Assembly: GCA_964203855.1 (NCBI GenBank)
Contig: CAXNNT010000002.1
Span: forward strand, 163,844 to 227,843
Length of the DNA stretch: 64,000 nt
Direction of reading: 5' to 3'
Source of the DNA: Candidatus Planktophila sp.
GTDB taxonomy: Bacteria > Actinomycetota > Actinomycetes > Nanopelagicales > Nanopelagicaceae
Position 1 is the first letter of the stretch, and each line of letters begins with the position of its first letter. Positions 54,389 through 64,000 of the stretch are shown here, one piece after another. Below the pieces are notes generated by a model. That model saw only the letters and a program-made list of their open reading frames with translations, was not told the DNA's origin and did no database searches. The position numbers and the translations under genes are program-made.

Positions 54389-54648
54389 CTAAATCCCCTT
54401 AGATTTAAGCGTAAATTAAGCGTTTGCTTAACTTGTGGCTAAAACTTAAACCTTTCAATAGGGTGATAGCGATATTGAAGTGGGCGTGTCGCACTTTAAT
54501 ATTTTTAAAAAATTGCACTTTTTATGCGTAAAAAACTCTCATTTACTAGTTGAGGGTTGAAGCAAAGGCGCTCACCCCGTCCATGAAGTTAGCGATTTAC
54601 ACTGCTTTTGCGCTTAAAAAGAGTAATTCGATTTCTAAATAATTTTGA

Positions 54649-55249
54649 TTAGATGCGAATTGGCAATGTTTTTGGCTTATATGAAGCTCTTTTTGCCTCA
54701 AAAGCATCAATCGAATCTGTCTGTTTTAAAGTCAGACCAATGTCATCAAGGCCCTCCATCAAACGCCAGCGGGTGTAATCATCTAATTCAAAGGCGACGG
54801 TTGACTTCGTTATACGAAACGGTGCGCGAATCTAGATCAACCTTTATCTGGGTTGTTGGATCGGCCTCGATGGCAAGCCAGATCGCTTCCACATCCGCTT
54901 GCGACAAGATCACGGTGAGCAGCCCGCCCTTAAGTGAATTGCCCCGGAAAATATCGGCGAAACGGCTAGAGATAACGACTTTAAAACCATAATTTTGCAG
55001 CGCCCAAACAGCGTGCTCACGCGATGAACCGGTACCAAATTCTGGGCCAGCAACTAAAACTGTTCCGGATTTATATTGCTCTTGGTTTAAAACAAACTCA
55101 GGATCGTTGCGCCAAGCAGCAAAAAGCCCATCCTCGAAACCGCTGCGGGTTACGCGCTTTAAATAGACAGCCGGAATTATCTGATCAGTATCAACATTGC
55201 TACGGCGAAGTGGAACTCCGGTGCCGGTGTGAGAAATGAATTTTTCCAT
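54649..55249 (-). CDS. leuD: 3-isopropylmalate dehydratase small subunit (apparent frameshift near 54805)
   Basis: [16 protein letters not shown]; C-terminus GLDDIGLTL...LPIRI* in a shifted frame. Confidence 0.95.
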
Positions 55250-55266
55250 GGTGATTGCCTCTTCTC

Positions 55267-56659
55267 TTAAAGATCCGCTGGAGACGAGAGAGTTCCGCGG
55301 ATCGCGGTCGCAGCCGCAACAAGTGGGCTAACTAAGTGAGTACGTCCGCCCTTACCTTGACGTCCTTCAAAGTTGCGGTTGGAAGTCGATGCTGAACGCT
55401 CGCCAACTGCAAGCTGATCCGGGTTCATTCCCAGACACATTGAACAACCTGCGTTGCGCCATTCCGCGCCAAAGTCTAGAAATACTTTATCGAGGCCCTC
55501 TTTCATCGCTTGCTGGCGCACTCGCTCAGAACCTGGCACAACTAACATACGAAGTTTTGGTGCAATCTTCTTGCCTTCCAAAACTGATGCTGCAGCGCGT
55601 AAATCCTCGATACGGCCGTTGGTGCAAGAGCCTAAGAAAACAGTGTCAATGGCTATCTTTTTAAGTGGTGTGCCAGCGGTAAGTCCCATGTATTCCAGGG
55701 CGCGTTCTGCCGCTCCACGTTCTTCTGAATCTTTAATATCTGCAGGATTTGGGACGGATGCATTTAGCGGCAAGCCTTGTCCAGGATTTGTTCCCCAAGT
55801 TACAAATGGCTCAAGCACATCAGCATCTAGTGTGATTTCTAAATCAAACTTGGCATCACCATCTGAGAATAAAGTCTCCCAATAACTTTGTGCTGCTGGG
55901 AAATCTTCTGGTGCATGCGGCTTGCCCTTTATGTAATCAAATGTTTTCTGATCAGGTGCGATTAATCCAGCACGAGCACCAGCTTCGATAGACATATTGC
56001 AGACGGTCATGCGACCTTCCATAGAAAGCTCGCGGATAGCAGAACCGCGGTATTCGATGATGTAGCCCTGTCCCCCGCCGGTACCAATCTGAGCGATGAT
56101 CGCCAAGATAATATCTTTCGCTGTTACACCAGTTTTTAACTTACCTTCCACATTTATAGCCATCATCTTTGGACGATTCGATGGCAAGGTCTGCGTAGCA
56201 AGTACATGCTCTACTTCTGAAGTACCAATACCGAAAGCGATTGCGCCAAAGGCGCCATGTGTTGATGTGTGCGAATCTCCGCAAACAATTGTCATGCCTG
56301 GCTGAGTGATGCCGAGTTGTGGTCCTACTACGTGAACTACGCCTTGATCGGCATCGCCAAGTGAGTGGATGCGTATCCCGAATTCTTTTGCATTATTGCG
56401 CAAAGTGTCGATCTGCAGCTTTGAAACCGGATCTGCAATCGGCTTTAAAATATCTAAAGTTGGGGTGTTGTGATCTTCAGTTGCAATAGTTAAATCTGGG
56501 CGGCGCACTTTTCGGCCAGCCAAGCGCAAGCCATCGAAATGCTTGCGCACTTGTTACTTCGTGCACTAGCTGCAGATCGATGTAAAGCAGATCAGGTTCA
56601 CCTTGTGCCGAGCGAACGATGTGGTCATCCCAAATCTTCTCTGCAAGTGTTTTACCCAT
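55267..56659 (-). CDS. leuC: 3-isopropylmalate dehydratase large subunit (apparent frameshift near 56547)
   Basis: HEVTS, DSHT, GSCTNGR, CSMC and NRNFEGRQG motifs. Confidence 0.96.
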
Positions 56660-56684
56660 AATCGACTTTCACTCCCTAAATCTT

Positions 56685-56705
56685 GCATCTCATAGAATGG
56701 GATGC
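56685..56705. promoter_or_regulatory. Imperfect palindrome between leuC and the IclR gene, probable NdgR/LtbR operator
   Basis: GCATCTCAT-aga-ATGGGATGC filling the spacer of TTGCAT-N17-TAATCT. Confidence 0.65.
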
Positions 56706-56717
56706 TAATCTCGCTGC

Positions 56718-57434
56718 GTGGATAAGAAGAATAGCGGAGTTGGCGTTTTAGATAAAGCGGTAACCATCTTGGGCACCTTGGAATCTGGCCCGCACTCGCT
56801 GGCCGAACTCGTAGCCGCAACCGGTATCGCCCGCCCGACCGCCCACCGTTTAGCCGTGGCGCTTGAGCATCACCGACTTGTCGCACGTGATCTGCAAGGT
56901 CGCTTCGTACTTGGGCCACGTTCGGCTGAACTCGCTGCCGCCGCAGGCGAAGATCGCTTGTTAGCTGCTGCTGCACCAGCCTTGGCCGCACTACGCGATG
57001 CCACCGGCGAATCCGCGCAGCTTTATCGCCGCCAAGGAGATATCCGTATCTGTGTTGCTGTTGCCGAGCGACTGTCTGGTCTACGTGATTCGGTTCCGGT
57101 TGGCGCATCGCTAACTATGCAAGCAGGTTCTGCTGCGCAAATTTTATTGGCTTGGGAAGATTCCGAAAAGATTCATCGCGGGCTTAAGAACGCACGATTT
57201 ACCGCAGCCCACCTATCAGCAGATCGTCGCCGCGGATGGGCACAATCAGTTGGAGAACGTGAAGCTGGCGTTGCATCAGTTAGCGCACCCGTTAAAGGTC
57301 CTAATGGAAAAGTTATCGCAGCCGTTTCAATCTCTGGGCCAATAGAGCGCTTAGGCCGTCAACCAGGTCGTGTCCATGCTGCTGCAGTAGTTGCAACGGC
57401 TGCTCGTTTGACTGAGCATCTGGCTAAGAGTTAA
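56718..57434 (+). CDS. IclR family regulator, NdgR/LtbR type
   Basis: SGVGVLDKA, RPTAHRLA, TGESAQLY and SVGEREAGVAS motifs; divergent from leuCD. Confidence 0.92.
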   Translation: MDKKNSGVGVLDKAVTILGTLESGPHSLAELVAATGIARPTAHRLAVALEHHRLVARDLQGRFVLGPRSAELAAAAGEDRLLAAAAPALAALRDATGESAQLYRRQGDIRICVAVAERLSGLRDSVPVGASLTMQAGSAAQILLAWEDSEKIHRGLKNARFTAAHLSADRRRGWAQSVGEREAGVASVSAPVKGPNGKVIAAVSISGPIERLGRQPGRVHAAAVVATAARLTEHLAKS

Positions 57435-57930
57435 TTACTTAAAATATCCAACTCTTTTAATACCTGCGAGATAATTCCGAAGCCAAAACCTTTACGTTGT
57501 AGCAACGACTGAATCCTGCGCACCTGCACATCTGGTTCAAGGCGTGACATGGTGTTGTATTTCTTAAAGGCTAAGTCAAAGGCGCTGCGGTATTCAGATC
57601 CATCATCGATCTCATCCAGTGCTTCATCGATTGCGCTCTGCATTACCCCTTTTTGGCGCAGCTCGCCGGCGATGATCCGCTTAGAGATCTTCTTATGGTT
57701 ATGGCGTGACTGTGCCCAGGCTTTGGCGAATTCTTCATCGTTTACGAGGCCAGCTTCTTGAAGCCGGAAGATGATCGCTTGCGCAACTTCATCTTCAACG
57801 CCACGGGTTTTAAGGTGAGCGAGAAGCTCGCCCTTACTTTTCGCACGAGTAACCAAAGCATTTAACGCGATGGTGTGTGCTACTTCGTAAGGGTCGGAGC
57901 CTTCGCCTCGTGAAACCTTTGCGAAATCAA
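57431..57930 (-). CDS. recX: Regulatory protein RecX (start uncertain)
   Basis: DPYEVAHTIALNAL..RAKS..EL, LVNDEEFA, ELRQKG and LQRKGF motifs; directly after recA. Confidence 0.9.
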
Positions 57931-57936
57931 GGCTAA

Positions 57937-59019
57937 TTAGAAATCAACCTCTGCTGCAGCTTCATCGATTGCTGCAACGAGTTCGGCATCTACTTCAATC
58001 GGCACGAAGTGTGCGCGAATCTTGCCTTCGATTTCATTGGCTAGATCTGGATTATCGAGAAGGAATGAGCGTGAATTCTCTTTACCTTGTCCCAATTGAT
58101 CAGCCTCGTATGTGTACCAAGCGCCAGCCTTCTTTACTACGCCGATTTCAACGCCGAGGTCGATAAGTGAACCCTCGCGTGAAATTCCTGTGCCGTAGAT
58201 GATGTCGAATTCGGCTTGCTTAAATGGTGGAGCCATCTTGTTCTTGACGACCTTAACGCGGGTGCGGTTACCGACTGATTCGGTGCCATCTTTGAGAGTT
58301 TCGATGCGACGGATATCAAGGCGAACAGATGCGTAGAACTTAAGTGCCTTACCGCCGGTTGTTGTTTCAGGTGAACCGAAGAATACGCCGATCTTTTCGC
58401 GGAGCTGGTTGATGAAGATCGCAGTTGTCTTTGATTGGTGAAGTGCACCAGTGATTTTACGAAGGGCTTGTGACATAAGGCGTGCTTGCAAGCCCATATG
58501 TGAATCGCCCATTTCGCCTTCGATTTCAGCGCGTGGCACAAGTGCTGCAACTGAGTCGACTACGACGAGATCGAGTGCACCAGAACGGATCAACATATCC
58601 ATGATCTCGAGTGCTTGCTCGCCAGTATCTGGTTGTGAGACAAGAAGTGCGTCAATATCAACGCCGAGCTTCTTGGCATACTCAGCATCGAATGCATGTT
58701 CAGCATCGATAAATGCGCAGATACCGCCAGCCTTTTGCGCGTTAGCAATTGCGTGCAAGGTAAGAGTTGTCTTACCTGAAGATTCTGGTCCGTAGATTTC
58801 TACGATACGTCCACGTGGCAATCCGCCGATACCGAGTGCGATATCGAGTGCGATTGAACCGGTTGGGATAACTTCAATGATCGTGTTTTGACGATCAGAC
58901 ATTTTCATTACTGCGCCTTTTCCAAATTGACGTTCAATCTGAGCGAGCGCGGTATCGAGCGCCTTTTGGCGATCGGATGAGTTTTTTTCTTCGGCTTTAT
59001 TTGCTTTTTCAGCAGCCAC
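57937..59019 (-). CDS. recA: Recombinase RecA
   Basis: [26 protein letters not shown] and GGKALKFY motifs; GTG start at 59019 after AGGAGA. Confidence 0.98.
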   Translation of the reverse strand: MAAEKANKAEEKNSSDRQKALDTALAQIERQFGKGAVMKMSDRQNTIIEVIPTGSIALDIALGIGGLPRGRIVEIYGPESSGKTTLTLHAIANAQKAGGICAFIDAEHAFDAEYAKKLGVDIDALLVSQPDTGEQALEIMDMLIRSGALDLVVVDSVAALVPRAEIEGEMGDSHMGLQARLMSQALRKITGALHQSKTTAIFINQLREKIGVFFGSPETTTGGKALKFYASVRLDIRRIETLKDGTESVGNRTRVKVVKNKMAPPFKQAEFDIIYGTGISREGSLIDLGVEIGVVKKAGAWYTYEADQLGQGKENSRSFLLDNPDLANEIEGKIRAHFVPIEVDAELVAAIDEAAAEVDF

Positions 59020-59172
59020 GTTGTTCTCCTTTAGATAAGAACGTCTATGCGTTATGCATATTCGTTGGTAGTCGGCCCAGAAGGTACGGAACTCCAGCGA
59101 CGGCCTACGAGGCTTATAGAGAGCCTGTGGGCGGAGGTTGGAACCGCTCTGGTTGTGCAGGGATAACTTTAT

Positions 59173-59188
59173 CCGAACATCTGTTCGA
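59173..59188. promoter_or_regulatory. LexA (SOS) box upstream of recA
   Basis: cCGAAC-atct-GTTCGA versus actinobacterial consensus TCGAAC-N4-GTTCGA. Confidence 0.88.
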
Positions 59189-59210
59189 AAGGTAACAGGC
59201 GGGGCTGACA
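59189..59210 (-). promoter_or_regulatory. RecA-NDp / PafBC-type promoter of recA
   Basis: TGTCAG-CCCCGCCTGT-TACCTT, i.e. TGTCRG-N10-TA-N3-T. Confidence 0.8.
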
Positions 59211-59252
59211 TGGGTGCCTGGCGTGTCGCCTGCTGCGTGGGAGGATGCCCAC

Positions 59253-59808
59253 GTGTTGATCCTGCTGCCGCCATCTGAGAAGAAGAACGCGACAGCCAAG
59301 CCCACCCCCGCCATTTCGGTCTATACCGGCGTTTTGTATCAGGCGCTGGATTGGCCCAGCCTTTCCACGGCCGCCAAGAAACGTGGGGCAGGATCGGTTG
59401 TGATCATCTCGGCCAAGTACGGCGCGGTTCGGCCAGATCAGTTAATTGAAAGCTACAAAGAGAAGATCGATAACAAGGCGATGCGAGCACCGGTCGGCAA
59501 AGTTCTGGATGCGATCAAGTGCCGATTTAATTGTCGACTGTCGCTCATCGACCTATAAAACAGTCTGGCACTCCCCCTTGGATATAACCGTTGAGGTGCG
59601 CGTTTCAACTGTTGTAAACGGCGTGCGCACTGTGGTGACTCATATGTCTAAGAAAACCCGCGGCGAAATTACGCGTTGGCTTTTGCAATCACGTTCGGTG
59701 CCAAAGACCCCAGAGGACTTATATGCAATCGTTTCGGAGAAATACCCGTGTGCGCTGACCCCTAGCGATGGCGTTGATCCTTGGGTGCTTGAGGTTATTG
59801 CGGTTTAA
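59253..59808 (+). CDS. yaaA: Shortened YaaA family peroxide-stress protein (apparent frameshift near 59520)
   Basis: [35 protein letters not shown] and SKKTRG motifs. Confidence 0.8.
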
Positions 59809-59822
59809 AAGCGATTACCTAA

Positions 59823-60291
59823 TCAGTTTCTCGCTAAATATCCCCAAGCCAGACTAGCGGCGATTGCTACCCAAATTTGATACGGAACAAGTAACAACCC
59901 CATGACTAGCGATGCCTTAAATGTTAGAAAGAGCATTGGAAGTCGTAAGAAGTGCGGTCAAAGTTAAAGCAATTGATGCAGATAAGAAATTGTGCGGGAC
60001 ATAGAATTGATGAGCCCAAGTTAGGGCGGCTGCAATGCTTAAACCAAATAATACAAGCCAAGAAATATTCTCAAATCGCGTCAAGGATTTTGACACTTGA
60101 AAAGATGCGATGCCGAGAACAGTGAAGTTGTAAGGCCAGATCAATCCGATAACAGCACTGGGTGGCTGCCAAGATGGACGATTGAGCGAGGCGTACCAAC
60201 CCGGGGAAGATGAAACCCAGATGCCTGAACCGAAGGCGTAGATAAATACAAATAGAACTCCGATTGCAGCGGCAATTAACTTGAAATCCAC
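59823..60291 (-). CDS. tspO: TspO/MBR family tryptophan-rich sensory protein (apparent frameshift near 59940)
   Basis: WYASLNRPSWQPP motif; LLVPYQIW in a shifted frame. Confidence 0.85.
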
Positions 60292-60300
60292 GTCAAGAAT

Positions 60301-60498
60301 CTATCGGTATTTTTCGGTTTCACTTGGACATTGCTTGCAAACGGCTCGCCAAATTTCATCAGCTTCGAACCCGTCCTTCAGCGCTTCATCTACAGACCGA
60401 CTGCCTAGTTCGCTGATTGCAATATCTTTACAGAAAGAGGGCGCCCAAGTTTCGCCAAATGAGAGCGTGATTCTCTCGCGTAGATCGGAAATGCGCAT
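60301..60498 (-). CDS. DUF3046 family protein
   Basis: MRIS, FG, LGSRSVDEAL..G and IWRAVC motifs; usual recA neighbour. Confidence 0.85.
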   Translation of the reverse strand: MRISDLRERITLSFGETWAPSFCKDIAISELGSRSVDEALKDGFEADEIWRAVCKQCPSETEKYR

Positions 60499-60509
60499 CT
60501 AAGTAAGAG

Positions 60510-61037
60510 CTAAAAAAGTGTGCGATCGACTAAGAGTTCGGCTTGTTCGCGAGATTGCGCCGGAGTCAAAGGTTGCATCACTTGCCCCATTAACCAGCGC
60601 ATTGCAATTCCTGTGCCGGCGGCAGATTTGATTGCTGTAAATAAACATCTAGCAATTTCAAGATATAACGGATGTTCTGCATGCGAGAGAATCTCAGTAA
60701 GAACTGCCTTGTCATGGATACGCATTGCTGCAAGTGCGGGATCAATTGATATGTAGAGTGAGAGTTTTTCAAGTGCATCGGCAGGTGTGCCCGCACTGTT
60801 GGCAAGTTCAATCATGTGCTCAACTTCAGCGGTGATTAGCGCAGTCGTGACCGCGCTCTTGTCGCGATAGTGGTTATATAAAGTTGCGCGCGAGACTTCG
60901 GATGCATCAGCGATTTCAATCATTGAAACATTTGATAAACCTAATTTTGAAATTAAAGTTTTTGTACCTTCGAGAATTGCGCCTTCGGTTCGGCGATGAG
61001 TAGCGCCCTGAGTGGCGTACTTAGGCAGCGTCGACAA
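60510..61037 (-). CDS. TetR/AcrR family regulator
   Basis: [23 protein letters not shown]. Confidence 0.88.
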   Translation of the reverse strand: MSTLPKYATQGATHRRTEGAILEGTKTLISKLGLSNVSMIEIADASEVSRATLYNHYRDKSAVTTALITAEVEHMIELANSAGTPADALEKLSLYISIDPALAAMRIHDKAVLTEILSHAEHPLYLEIARCLFTAIKSAAGTGIAMRWLMGQVMQPLTPAQSREQAELLVDRTLF

Positions 61038-61287
61038 CGGACAACTTCGCGGTCTCGAGAACTTTAAGTTCAGATGAGACGTTGGCGATCACAGTTGAAA
61101 GTGTTAAGCCGAGCGCTTCGCAAATTGCGTTAAGTAACTCAGATGAAGCTTCTTTTTGACCACGTTCTACTTCGGATAAATAACCGAGTGAGACACGAGC
61201 CTCGCGAGCAACATCGCGCAAGGTGCGAGATTGTTCGGTGCGAGCAGAGCGCAGGGTCTGTCCAACTGCGCTGCGTAATAACGCCAT
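61021..61287 (-). CDS. clgR: XRE-family HTH regulator, ClgR-like
   Basis: [30 protein letters not shown]; ATG at 61287 after GAAAGG. Confidence 0.88.
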   Translation of the reverse strand: MALLRSAVGQTLRSARTEQSRTLRDVAREARVSLGYLSEVERGQKEASSELLNAICEALGLTLSTVIANVSSELKVLETAKLSVVDAA

Positions 61288-61803
61288 GATGGTCCCGCCT
61301 TTCTCTACGTCTTTATCTCGTTGTCTAAGGATACGGGCAAATGAGGCGATCGCGCTGGCTATGGTGGCGTTTCGGATGACTTCACGTTCACCTGAGAGCG
61401 AAAGTTCCATGACCTGGGTAATCGGGCCGATGAAAGCAACGAATACTTTTCCGGCCTCAGAGCCATCGGCGGGACCAGGGCCGGCAACGCCAGTTGTTGC
61501 AATTGCCCAAGTTGATCCGAAAGATTTATTTGCCCCGTGACCCATTTGCAACGCAACTTCTTCACTTACAACGGTGTGCTCAGCAATTGTTCCTTCTTCA
61601 ACGTTTAAGTGTGAAACTTTTACATCAGGGCGGTATGCAGTAATTGATCCTAGGAAAACATCAGATGCGCCCGGCACAATTGTTAGCGCGTTACTAAGTC
61701 CACCAGCGGTTAGGGATTCGGCAGTTGAAAGTGTCTCACCGCGTGCACGTAGCGAGTCATGGATTTCTGATACGAATCCCAATATCTCATTTGATATATC
61801 CAC
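61288..61803 (-). CDS. cinA: CinA C-terminal / NMN deamidase (PncC-like); no stop before clgR in this sequence
   Basis: [22 protein letters not shown] and TTGVAGP motifs. Confidence 0.85.
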
Positions 61804-61813
61804 GAAATTCCAA

Positions 61814-62359
61814 TCAACTTTCTCGGATGAAGGCCGAGCGTACATAGTACGCACCAGTCACGACGGTAAGGGCGATTGCAATATACATAAATCCATCACG
61901 GAACCAGTACAAGTCTGGGTTAAGTGGCAGAACATAAAATCCTGTGCCAAAACTTTGGAAAGTAGCCTTTATCTTTCCGCCTTTATTTGCTGGGATGACT
62001 CCCCGTTTAACTATCGCTAATCTAAATAGCGTTATTCCAATTTCGCGAGCCAGAATCACAATCGTGATCCACCACGGCATGCGATCTAGAATAGAGAGAC
62101 AAATCATCGCGGTTCCAACCATCGCTTTGTCCGCAACGGGATCTAAGAATTTTCCAAGTTCGGTAATCTGCTGACGACTGCGTGCCAGATTTCCATCGAC
62201 GATATCTGTTAAGCCAAGGATGAAGAAGATCCACCAAGAAATAATCTGCCAGTTGTAATCATCACCACCATTCATAAATAAGGCGATCGCACCAAATGGA
62301 ATCAGTAGCAGACGTGCAAGAGTTAATGAGTTTGGTGTTATGAATGCAGGTACGTTCAC
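61814..62359 (-). CDS. pgsA: CDP-diacylglycerol--glycerol-3-phosphate 3-phosphatidyltransferase
   Basis: PNSLT..R and DIVDGNLAR...[10 protein letters not shown] motifs. Confidence 0.95.
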   Translation of the reverse strand: MNVPAFITPNSLTLARLLLIPFGAIALFMNGGDDYNWQIISWWIFFILGLTDIVDGNLARSRQQITELGKFLDPVADKAMVGTAMICLSILDRMPWWITIVILAREIGITLFRLAIVKRGVIPANKGGKIKATFQSFGTGFYVLPLNPDLYWFRDGFMYIAIALTVVTGAYYVRSAFIRES

Positions 62360-63739
62360 AGCGGACGTGCCACCAAATCAGCGCCCATGGAATCTATGAT
62401 CACCGCATCAATATATTGGCCAACTTCAAAATTAGTATCAATAAACGAAGTTGTTCCATCTACTTCTGGGCCTTGGTGCGCTGCTCGACCTTCTTGTAGC
62501 TCGCTATCTTCGATTAGGACTCGCACATTCTCACCAATACGAGCGGCTGCGCGCATAGAAACCATCTCATCAGCTAGCGATGACAAAGATTCAACACGCG
62601 ATTTAATCAAATCCTCATCGACTTTATCGCTCAGGTCTAGCGCTTCAGTATTGTCCTCATCGGAATATCCGAAGATACCGATCGCATCTAACTTTGCCGC
62701 GCTTATAAAGTTAGCCAAATCATCAAAATCTGCTTGGGTCTCACCTGGAAAGCCGACGATAAAGTTGGAACGAATTCCGGCTTCTGGCGATAGCGCGCGA
62801 ATCTGATTAATTAAATGTAAGAACTTTTCAGAATCACCGAAGCGGCGCATGCGGCGCAGAACTGTCGGGCTGGTGTGCTGAAAAGAAAGGTCGAAGTACG
62901 GAGCCACTTTCTCGGATTCAATCATCGCTTGCAATAAAGATGGTCGCATTTCGGCGGGCTGTAAATATGACAGGCGTACGCGCTCCACGCCTTCGATCGC
63001 CGCAAACTCAGGCAGGATCTTCTCCATCAACTTTAGGTCGCCGAGGTCCTTGCCGTACGAAGTTGTATTTTCACTAACTAAGAAGAGTTCGCTGACGCCA
63101 TTTTGGGCGAGCCAGCGGCCTTCTTCAATTATTTCAGTTGGCTTACGTGAAATAAATGAGCCTCGGAAATATGGAATTGCGCAGAATGAACAACGGCGGT
63201 CACAACCAGATGCGATCTTAAGCGGTGCCCATGGAGCATCACCTAGGCGTTTGCGAAAGAGTGAGCCACCGGCGCCAAGTGATGATGCGTAGGCTTCATC
63301 ACGCGCAGCAGGACGATCAGCGGGGGCGATTGGCAAAAGTGATCTGCGATCGCGCGGTACATGTGGTGTGTGCGCATTTCCAGAGACGATTGATTGCAAG
63401 CGCGCTGAAATATCTTGGTAGTCGTCAAAACCTAAAATGCCATCTGCTTCAGGCAAGCGCTTTGGCAAGTTCTTGACCGTAACGCTCTGCCATGCAACCA
63501 ACTGCTACTACGGCGCGGGTTTTTCCGTGGCCTTTGAGCGAATTAGCTTCTAGCAAGGCATCAATTGAATCTTTCTTAGCGGATTCAATAAAGCCGCAAG
63601 TATTTACAACTGCAACTTCAGCGCTTTCAACATCAGAGACAAGTGTCCAACCATCGGCGGCTAGTCTTCCGGCAAGTTCTTCGGAGTCAACTTCGTTGCG
63701 GGCACAGCCCATCGTGACGATTGCAACGGTACGGCTCAT
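62356..63739 (-). CDS. rimO: Ribosomal protein S12 methylthiotransferase (apparent frameshift near 63455)
   Basis: [24 protein letters not shown] and PEVDG motifs. Confidence 0.95.
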
Positions 63740-63767
63740 TGCGCAGATCTTACAGGGTTAAAGTCAA

Positions 63768-64000
63768 TTACTTAGATCTGAAGGTCTTGCGAACCTCTTG
63801 ATTGCGCTCTCCAAGCGGGGCAAGTGCTTTGCCGTTGAGTGTTAGATCAAGATCTCCGGCATTGCTTACGTAAATACTCATTGATGTTGGCGCGCTAAAA
63901 CTTTTTGAGTCACCTTGAAAGATTGGGCCCTTAAATAAGTGCTTGCCGCCAACGACAATATCTATATTGGAATTTCCACGAGTTGCAGCAATCGTTAATT
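63768..64000 (-). CDS. RodZ-like protein, C-terminal DUF4115 region (partial)
   Basis: Manual translation ...SIYVSNAGDLDLTLNGKALAPLG...FRSK*; usual position upstream of rimO. Confidence 0.7.
   Translation of the reverse strand, partial: LTIAATRGNSNIDIVVGGKHLFKGPIFQGDSKSFSAPTSMSIYVSNAGDLDLTLNGKALAPLGERNQEVRKTFRSK

Noticed and set aside
53943-54392. 149-aa antisense ORF over HU, and similar shadow ORFs (e.g. 3112-3654, 34164-34679, 47043-47651, 56566-57108)
   Set aside because: They mirror well-supported genes on the other strand and have no motifs or translation signals.
59020-59274. 85-aa N-terminal extension of RecA from the ORF track
   Set aside because: The region holds the promoter and LexA box; a GTG with AGGAGA at 59019 gives a normal-length RecA.

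Overview
A gene-dense, mid-GC (roughly 48% by eye) stretch of core chromosome from a streamlined actinobacterium. Gene content and style fit freshwater acI / Ca. Nanopelagicales (Planktophila-like); this assignment is inference, not a database hit. Order: pimB-like GT4, NlpC/P60, rnd, efeU, fadAB, dxs, acnA, trkA pair, dut, hflX-dapF-miaA-miaB, a GlnA4-type gamma-glutamylation (amine catabolism) cluster, acyl-ACP desaturase, trmD-rimM-khpA-rpsP, ffh-glnK-amtB-ftsY-smc-rnc-rpmF, sepIVA-coaD-rsmD-recG, rpmB, an uncharacterised secreted protein, thiL, ddl-gpsA-plsC, HU, leuDC with an IclR regulator, recX-recA, yaaA, tspO, clgR-cinA-pgsA-rimO and a partial rodZ-like gene. I found no rRNA, tRNA, CRISPR, prophage, IS or defence genes. 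About 15 frameshifts hit essential genes and are best explained as sequence errors. Most interesting signals: (1) a secreted protein with a short Cys-paired, Lys-rich C-terminal tail that may be a lineage-specific surface anchoring or sorting signal; (2) a 61-aa four-Cys microprotein behind an exact RecA-NDp/PafBC-type promoter, shared with recA, upstream of an NlpC/P60 hydrolase; (3) a GlnA4 cluster with two non-canonical candidate gamma-glutamyl hydrolases; (4) duplicated gene 3' ends sharing an AAATAGC junction; (5) a recurrent GCGACACGCC promoter element; (6) pervasive leaderless and back-to-back promoters; (7) a large rearrangement separating trmD from rplS and recX from miaB.
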